A stretch of DNA of 64,000 bases from the IMG/VR virus record IMGVR_UViG_3300035507_000332; one strand, given 5' to 3'. A model generated the notes under the pieces. It saw only the letters and a list, made by a program, of their open reading frames with translations. It did no database searches and was not told the origin of the DNA. The position numbers were made by a program, and so were the translations under genes. Positions 58,229-64,000 of this stretch are shown in pieces. Each line of letters opens with the position of its first letter. Within the stretch, counting starts at the first letter, position 1. The DNA comes from a virus (taxonomy: Duplodnaviria; Caudoviricetes).

Positions 58229-58597
58229 TTATTCTACAGTGTAATTTTTTTGCCCAACTGGAAGGATTTGGCTTGACACGTGAGCATATTCACGAAGGGC
58301 GCAGTATCGGCAGAAGTTTTCCAGAAGCAGGTTGTTACCGTCAAAATCTGGTGCGTTCAGAGTAGCTTGAAAGTACTCATCCCAATCTGCCACGGAGTGG
58401 CATTCATCACCAATCAGGAGAAACGATTCTTTCCAGTCTTGGCGGTTGGTTTCCACGACTCGCATTTCAACAGAAACTGTTCTTTGGTCATTGATGCCGA
58501 AGATGCGGAAGTCATGAATTTTCTTGACATTTGGAATCATGCTAGGATAGGTAGCTTCTGCCGTCATCATTGCGGAATTTGTGATAGTTTGAATCAT
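58229..58597 (-). CDS. early cassette hypothetical protein
   Basis: own promoter and terminator. Confidence 0.75.
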   Translation of the reverse strand: MIQTITNSAMMTAEATYPSMIPNVKKIHDFRIFGINDQRTVSVEMRVVETNRQDWKESFLLIGDECHSVADWDEYFQATLNAPDFDGNNLLLENFCRYCALREYAHVSSQILPVGQKNYTVE

Positions 58598-58666
58598 AGG
58601 ATTGAACTTGAGGTTGACCCCACCCCCGAAGGGGTGGGAAGTGCGGTTATTATACAGAAAAGCGGT

Positions 58667-58945
58667 TTAGTCGTCAAGTAAAAATTCAGTGCCTGGAAGC
58701 ATACCGTAAACAGTGTGACAATTACAGAACATACGCTTCAAGTAGTTTACTTGTTCTTGCGTTGAGGGATGCCCGAAGTAGTGAGAAATTTTCATGGCGT
58801 ACCATTCAGGGATAACCATTGCTTGAGGGAATTTCTTGAGTATCTTAGAAGCAACAGTTTCTGTTGTGATAATAACCGCTTCATTGAACTTTTGGTGAGT
58901 TCTGGAATCATAGATAGGAGCAAGAACGAAGGTCTCTATTTTCAT
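58667..58945 (-). CDS. early cassette hypothetical protein
   Basis: start reassigned to ATG 58945 (MKIETF), after the intercistronic hairpin. Confidence 0.65.
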   Translation of the reverse strand: MKIETFVLAPIYDSRTHQKFNEAVIITTETVASKILKKFPQAMVIPEWYAMKISHYFGHPSTQEQVNYLKRMFCNCHTVYGMLPGTEFLLDD

Positions 58946-59013
58946 TTCTAGGAGGGGTTTAGATGCTAAGTGGGGAAGAGTTGCCCACCCCCGAAGGGGT
59001 GGGCTTGTAGGCT

Positions 59014-59679
59014 TTAGTATGAGCCAGGAACTGAGTTGCAGTGCGTATGCCCTTCTGTGTACTTGCTGAGGTGATAACGTCCGTTGATTGCACCACTGAA
59101 GCAAGCCTTGCCATTGCAACCACGGTATACCGTGAGGCGGATCTTCTGAGGTTCACCCACAATGCGTGAGGGGTCAGGGATGATTTCTTCATACATGCGG
59201 TCAGAGGAAACAACCTTGTGCCCAATTTCCACGATTTCAGCGGTCATACCCTTGACGGAAAGCACCTTGTAGAAGTCGGTAAGGGTGCAGTCATAACCGT
59301 ATTGAGAAACAAGGATTGCGCCTGCCTTGAAGTACCCACGAGCGTTTGGTTCTGAGTTGGCAAGGGCTTCTTCCTTGAGGGCTTGACGTTCTGCCTTGGC
59401 TTGGTCACGCTTGGCTTGCTTCTTGGCTTCCTTGCGTGCGAAGTAGGCTTGCACATCAGAGATTGTTGAGTTGGTGAAGCACTTGGCGTTGGAAGTGCAC
59501 CACTTAGACATGAGCTTGGAAACGTTCATGCTGTAGACGTCTGAGCCAATAGCAAGGAGGACTTCTGAGCCGTTGGCGGTGAATGCGGTTTCAACTTCAG
59601 CAGGGATTTCCACGTAGTGGCGAGCGAGGAAAATCTTGGCTTCAGTGACGATATCGGAGGTTGCGAACTTGTGGTTCAT
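59014..59679 (-). CDS. early cassette hypothetical protein
   Basis: own promoter; GAILVSQYGYDCTLTDFYKV. Confidence 0.8.
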   Translation of the reverse strand: MNHKFATSDIVTEAKIFLARHYVEIPAEVETAFTANGSEVLLAIGSDVYSMNVSKLMSKWCTSNAKCFTNSTISDVQAYFARKEAKKQAKRDQAKAERQALKEEALANSEPNARGYFKAGAILVSQYGYDCTLTDFYKVLSVKGMTAEIVEIGHKVVSSDRMYEEIIPDPSRIVGEPQKIRLTVYRGCNGKACFSGAINGRYHLSKYTEGHTHCNSVPGSY

Positions 59680-60250
59680 GGTAATCTAGGAATTGAGTTT
59701 GTGTATCAGGTGACCATCACCTTCAACGCCGTTTATTATATCCGAAGTTGACGAGAGAGTCAAGAAGTTTTGAGAAAATAATTCAATATTTTTTCAGCAC
59801 CCAAAAAACAGGGGTAGATCATGGAACAGCCGAAGTTGGTTTGACGTGTCAAGTGAAATTTTGTCAAGCAGAAAATTCATCTGAGCAGATCAACCCCACG
59901 CTATCGAAGAAGCTGTTCTGCCGTTGGTCTGTCAAGAGAAAAGTTCAGTGGCAAAAGTGAGGGGTTCAGCAAAAGCCTGTCAAGAGAAATTTTCAAGGGG
60001 TAGATCAACGGTATAGTTCAATTCCCTAGTTCAACTACAGAGTTCAACTAGGCGGTTGAAGTTGGTAGATCAACCTTGGTGACATCGGATGCTATTTCTT
60101 GGCGTTGGTACGTACCAACGGAAGGCGTCAAATTGCCCTTCTTAGGCGTTGGTACGGTCAAGGGGTAGATCAGCTAGCGAGATCTCACCAAGGCTATTTC
60201 TAGGCACAAAAAAACCCACCCCCGAAGGGGTGGGCTGAATGGTGGGCGGT

Positions 60251-60634
60251 TTACTTAGTTTGGAACTTTTCAACGAACTCCAGAACACAAGGTCTGCCGA
60301 CTCTCAAAAGCCAATAGATAGCGTCTTCATAGTTGCGTGCCCTCTCCAGGCGCATGTCGTAGTAGGCTTCCCAAACGTTCATTGTTTCAGTTTCCAGAAC
60401 GTAAGCCTTGAAGCGTACCAACTCCATGTCTCCATCCTTGAAGGTGAACAGTTCCACGGGTTCAGAGATAGGCAGGAACTGTCTTTCGTCAAACTCAAGT
60501 TCAACGATACCTTGGCAAGCAAGGAAGAACTTGAGGCGGTCAAGCTCAACCGTCTGGTTGGCAACGGATGTGAACTGACTCCAAGGGAACGTACCGTCGG
60601 CGAACTCTGCGCCGTTGTTAACTAGTGAACTCAT
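60251..60634 (-). CDS. early cassette hypothetical protein
   Basis: own promoter and terminator. Confidence 0.75.
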   Translation of the reverse strand: MSSLVNNGAEFADGTFPWSQFTSVANQTVELDRLKFFLACQGIVELEFDERQFLPISEPVELFTFKDGDMELVRFKAYVLETETMNVWEAYYDMRLERARNYEDAIYWLLRVGRPCVLEFVEKFQTK

Positions 60635-61010
60635 AATCTCTAAGGGATGAGGTTGGCGTTGAGGTGAAACCTTATCACCTGCAACGTGCCCATATTATAA
60701 CCGAACTTGCCTCCAAGGTCAAGAACTTTTGAGAAAAAAATTGAATATTTATTTTCACGGCATGGAAAAGTTTTCCTTGACAAGGGTTCAGAAAATCAGC
60801 TGATCAGCTACAGGCGCAGGCGTAAAAAAACACTTGACAGGGGTTCAGAATTTTTCACAAATTGCGACGATCGACTACAGGCGCAGGTTAATTTTTCACT
60901 TGACAAGCTTCTTGAATTTCAGCGAATCGACTACAGGCGCAGGCGAACTTTTCACTTGACAAGGGCACAAAAAAAGCCCACCCCCGAAGGGGTGGGCTGA
61001 GTTGGTCACC

Positions 61011-61370
61011 TTAGGCGATATAGAATTCCGTGCTCATGTAGCTGAGCGTATTGCGGAAGGAATCAACCTCCCAACAGAATGTCTTTTCAGGGTAATGAGT
61101 CCCAAAGATGATTTGGCGGAGATCGTCAAGGAGTTCGTCCAGGACAAGGGCTTCAGCCTTCTTTTCTTCACTGTAGCGAACTTCAGCGGAGACTTCATAG
61201 TAGGTGCGGTTATCGTCTTGAATCTCGATGAGGTCAAGGCGTGAATCGGAGTCAAGCAAGTCCTTCACAATGGCGGAGTCAAGCTTGATTGAGGCTTCCT
61301 TTACCAAGGCTTGAATTGCTTCAAATTGCTTGGCGGAGACGGCAACGGCGGTATCGGCGATATCTAACAT
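61011..61370 (-). CDS. early cassette hypothetical protein
   Basis: start reassigned to ATG 61370 downstream of the promoter. Confidence 0.7.
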   Translation of the reverse strand: MLDIADTAVAVSAKQFEAIQALVKEASIKLDSAIVKDLLDSDSRLDLIEIQDDNRTYYEVSAEVRYSEEKKAEALVLDELLDDLRQIIFGTHYPEKTFCWEVDSFRNTLSYMSTEFYIA

Positions 61371-61672
61371 AATCGTGCGGAATTGAGGTTCGTTGTAGAT
61401 CCAACGTCTTGTTGGTCTCACAACAGGGCGTATTATATCCGAAGTTGAAACTAGAGTCAAGAACTTTTGAGAATTTTCTCTAATATTTTTTTGATCAGGG
61501 CAAAGAAACTTTTCTCTTGACAGGCTTTTGAAAATTGAGCTGATCAGCTACAGGCGAGCGCAAAAAATTCTCTTGACAGGGGTTCAGAAAATCGACTGTT
61601 CAGCGATGAAACTTTTCACTTGACAAGGTACAAAAAAACCCACCCCCGAAGGGGTGGGCTGAGCTTTGGGGT

Positions 61673-62071
61673 TTAGGCGTGAAACTTAGCCTTGGTGGGA
61701 ATCCATTCTTCAGTGTAGATTTTCATCTCCTTGTGGACTCGTTCCAGTAGCTCGATGAATTGCTCAACCTCGTCCAGGTTGTGGAGGATGTATCCCTTCT
61801 CGTCCTTGGTCCAGGTCATGACGCATTCATCCATCACATAGCCGAATCCAGAACTTAGAACTTCAAGGGAAGTGCGGAACTTTTCATATGTGAAGTTGAA
61901 CATTTCCAAGAGGTCAAGCGAGCAGGTGGCGAAGCTGAGCGTTATCTCAAAATCACGTTGGCTTCTTTTGCCGTTGCGGACTTCTTCAAGGCGAGTGCGA
62001 AGCGTCTTTGCGGACTTCTTCAACCAAGTTGAGACATAGGAGCGAGAGTAGTTTTTGGGCAACTTGCGCAT
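61673..62071 (-). CDS. early cassette hypothetical protein
   Basis: own promoter and terminator. Confidence 0.75.
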   Translation of the reverse strand: MRKLPKNYSRSYVSTWLKKSAKTLRTRLEEVRNGKRSQRDFEITLSFATCSLDLLEMFNFTYEKFRTSLEVLSSGFGYVMDECVMTWTKDEKGYILHNLDEVEQFIELLERVHKEMKIYTEEWIPTKAKFHA

Positions 62072-62343
62072 AATGGTGTATGATTTGAATTGAGGCGTTG
62101 AGGTGAAACCTTATCATCTCGAACGTGCCCATATTATACAGCAGGAAAGAACGAACGTCAAGAACTTTTGAGAATTTTGTGCAAATTAAGCTGATCAGCC
62201 ACGGCAAAACTTTTCACTTGACAAGGGGTCACAATTTAGGCGGATCAGCTATCAGCAGGAGCTTAAAAAACACTTGACAAGGGTTCAAAAAACCCCCACT
62301 TCTGATGAAGTGAGGGCTGAGATCGTCGCTTGGTGAGAAGGGT

Positions 62344-62643
62344 TCAGATTGCGCCTATAACTTGGGATTGCCATCTTGTGCCGTCTTCACTAGGCTTGAA
62401 GTTCAAGGCTATTCCTAGGAGCTTCTGAGCTGATTGTTGAAGCGTACAGATGAACTTTTCAACGTTTGGATACTGGTTCGTTCTGTCGTTGATGAGGACT
62501 TGGAAGCCTGTTTCTTCAGCGGATACTAGCTCACAATAGATAGAGCCGAATCTCTTTCCTTGGCGACTAGCAGAATCATTTGTCGAGTCAAGAAGGTTGG
62601 CGAGATCGTAGATAGTGGCAAGTTGGGTGTAGTAGGTAATCAT
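62344..62643 (-). CDS. early cassette hypothetical protein
   Basis: start reassigned to ATG 62643 after the intercistronic hairpin. Confidence 0.65.
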   Translation of the reverse strand: MITYYTQLATIYDLANLLDSTNDSASRQGKRFGSIYCELVSAEETGFQVLINDRTNQYPNVEKFICTLQQSAQKLLGIALNFKPSEDGTRWQSQVIGAI

Positions 62644-62700
62644 AGTTTTTTGAGGGTAAAGGTTACCCCTTGGCTTGGTAGCCAAGGGGTGAGGGTTGAT

Positions 62701-63105
62701 TTACTTGGTGCGGTCAAGGAGTCCAAGCTCATCAAGGAACTGAACTTGTGTGGTGATTGCTTCCTTGAGTTCGTTGTAGAAGGTGCGGAAGCGTTCAATT
62801 TGAGCTTGGGAAGGCTTCCCATCCTTGGCGAGCTTGAGGAGCTTGTAGGAGAAGGAGGACTTGCAAAGCCCTGTTGCAATGTCGGCAACGTGAACGGTTA
62901 CGTTCAGCTTTTCAGCGGAGAGTGCGGAGATCTCAAACTGAATGCCAAGGGCAGGAACTTTTGCCGTGCGGATAGCGAGCAGGCGGATAATCTTTGCCAT
63001 GTTTTCGCTTGAAAGGTCAAGGAAGTAGTAGGCGATGTGCTTATCTACAATCTTGAGGGAGTCGCAGATGACGATGAGGGCGTAGGCAGAAGCGGATGCG
63101 GTCAT
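62701..63105 (-). CDS. early cassette hypothetical protein
   Basis: start reassigned to ATG 63105 downstream of the promoter. Confidence 0.7.
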   Translation of the reverse strand: MTASASAYALIVICDSLKIVDKHIAYYFLDLSSENMAKIIRLLAIRTAKVPALGIQFEISALSAEKLNVTVHVADIATGLCKSSFSYKLLKLAKDGKPSQAQIERFRTFYNELKEAITTQVQFLDELGLLDRTK

Positions 63106-63395
63106 AGTAATGAATGATTGAATTGATTGCTGAGGTGAAACCTTATCACCTTCAACGCCGTCAATTATAACCGAACTTGTGGGCAGAGTCAAGAACTTTT
63201 GAGAATAAAATTGAATATTTTTTCAGAGAGTAGATCAACCGCCTAAAAATAGATCAACTGTAGAGTTCAATTCCAGAGTTCAACTAAGCAGTTCAACTAG
63301 GCGGTTAACTTGTGTGAATAACTTTTCCCTTGACAAGTGGGCACAAAAAACCCCTTGACATGAGCCAAGGGGTTGGGCGGTTCAGTTGTTAGGGT

Positions 63396-63833
63396 TTAGA
63401 TTCTAAGTCCTTGGTGACGGACTCTGTTTTCTGTATCCCTGACAAGATAGAAGTCTGAGCGGATAGAATTGAAGCCGAACTCGTCTTCTTGCCCTACTCT
63501 GTAGCCGAACTCAAAGTTCTCTGGAACTTCACCTTCAAGCTTGCTGAGCAGGAACTTTTCAATCGTTGCCGTCAAGTCTGCCATGAATGGTTCAAAGATT
63601 GGGAGGTCGTCTGAGCCGTTGGTCAAGAACAGATGAACAAAGCCTTCAACGTTGGTGAGATCAGCCTTGCCGTTGGCGGTACACTTAAGCAGGTTGAATG
63701 CTGAGGTGTAGGAGCGGACAATCTTTTCAATGCCTTTATACGTTTCATAGGAAACGTAGATTCTGTTGTTGTCGGCGTCGAATTGAACAGGAGCGACTGG
63801 ATTGACTGATTGAGTTGTCTTTGCGTTTGACAT
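63396..63833 (-). CDS. early cassette hypothetical protein (leaderless)
   Basis: ATG 6 nt after TATAAT. Confidence 0.75.
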   Translation of the reverse strand: MSNAKTTQSVNPVAPVQFDADNNRIYVSYETYKGIEKIVRSYTSAFNLLKCTANGKADLTNVEGFVHLFLTNGSDDLPIFEPFMADLTATIEKFLLSKLEGEVPENFEFGYRVGQEDEFGFNSIRSDFYLVRDTENRVRHQGLRI

Positions 63834-64000
63834 GCCCATATTATACAGCAGGTTGTTTCTAAGGTCAAGAATTTTTTAGCATAAAATACAATATTTTCGT
63901 GAGGGTAGAATCTGCCGTTGGTGCGAACAGTGAGGAGATCAGCCAAGATTGTTTCTTGGCGTCTAGAATCGACTGTAGCAGGGGTTCAGGGGTTGAGGGG

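Larger units (their letters stand above)
56913..63868 (-). promoter_or_regulatory. nine consensus sigma70 promoters and eight U-tailed terminators delimiting gene cassettes
   Basis: TTGACN-17-TATAAT with -10 boxes at 57333, 58065, 58649, 59735, 60694, 61432, 62133, 63164, 63840; terminators at about 56913, 57478, 58161, 60203, 60963, 61628, 62283, 63339. Confidence 0.9.

Noticed and set aside
56162-63868. CRISPR array or integron attC interpretation of the repeats
   Set aside because: Repeats are degenerate, irregularly spaced and explained as promoters, terminators or operators; no cas or integrase gene seen
1-64000. Genome-wide stop-codon reassignment
   Set aside because: Code 11 gives dense, full-length genes ending in TAA, TAG and TGA; the gpJ break is an isolated case
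1-64000. Apparent scarcity of CCGG and CGCG (restriction avoidance)
   Set aside because: Impression only; needs observed/expected k-mer counts that I cannot compute reliably by eye
1-64000. tRNA, rRNA or self-splicing intron
   Set aside because: No cloverleaf or intron core recognised; the endonuclease at 14573-15952 is intergenic, not inside a split gene

Overview
This 64-kb window is part of a large tailed dsDNA bacteriophage genome in the standard genetic code. No tRNA, rRNA, CRISPR array, integrase or reverse transcriptase was recognised. The host is probably a gut Verrucomicrobiota such as Akkermansia; this is inferred from remembered protein similarity and was not searched. From 1 to 52 kb the genes are mostly on the + strand: a Clp-type AAA+ ATPase, an APH-like kinase, putative SSB and annealing proteins, lambda-like tail-tip genes (gpL/K/I/J-like), a putative tail tube, two paralogous fibre proteins, dispersed lysis genes, a PIF1 helicase, ThyX and thioredoxin. 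This part also carries an unusually large glycosylation toolkit: GT14, 2x GT2, 2x GT25, 3x GT6, 3-4x GT29 sialyltransferase-like genes and a CMP-nonulosonate synthetase. The 52.2-56.9 kb region is gene-poor and repeat-rich, lies at the coding-strand switch, and holds two promoter-to-terminator units that look like structured small RNAs. One of these presents a loop antisense to an AUG start region. From 56.9 to 64 kb is a minus-strand array of nine modular early-gene cassettes (consensus sigma70 promoter, 5' hairpin, orphan gene, UUCG terminator) separated by spacers full of orphan TTGACA boxes and GATC palindromes. The strongest candidates for undescribed biology are the mucin-glycan-like glycosyltransferase set, the hairpin-loop sRNAs and the cassette/spacer architecture.
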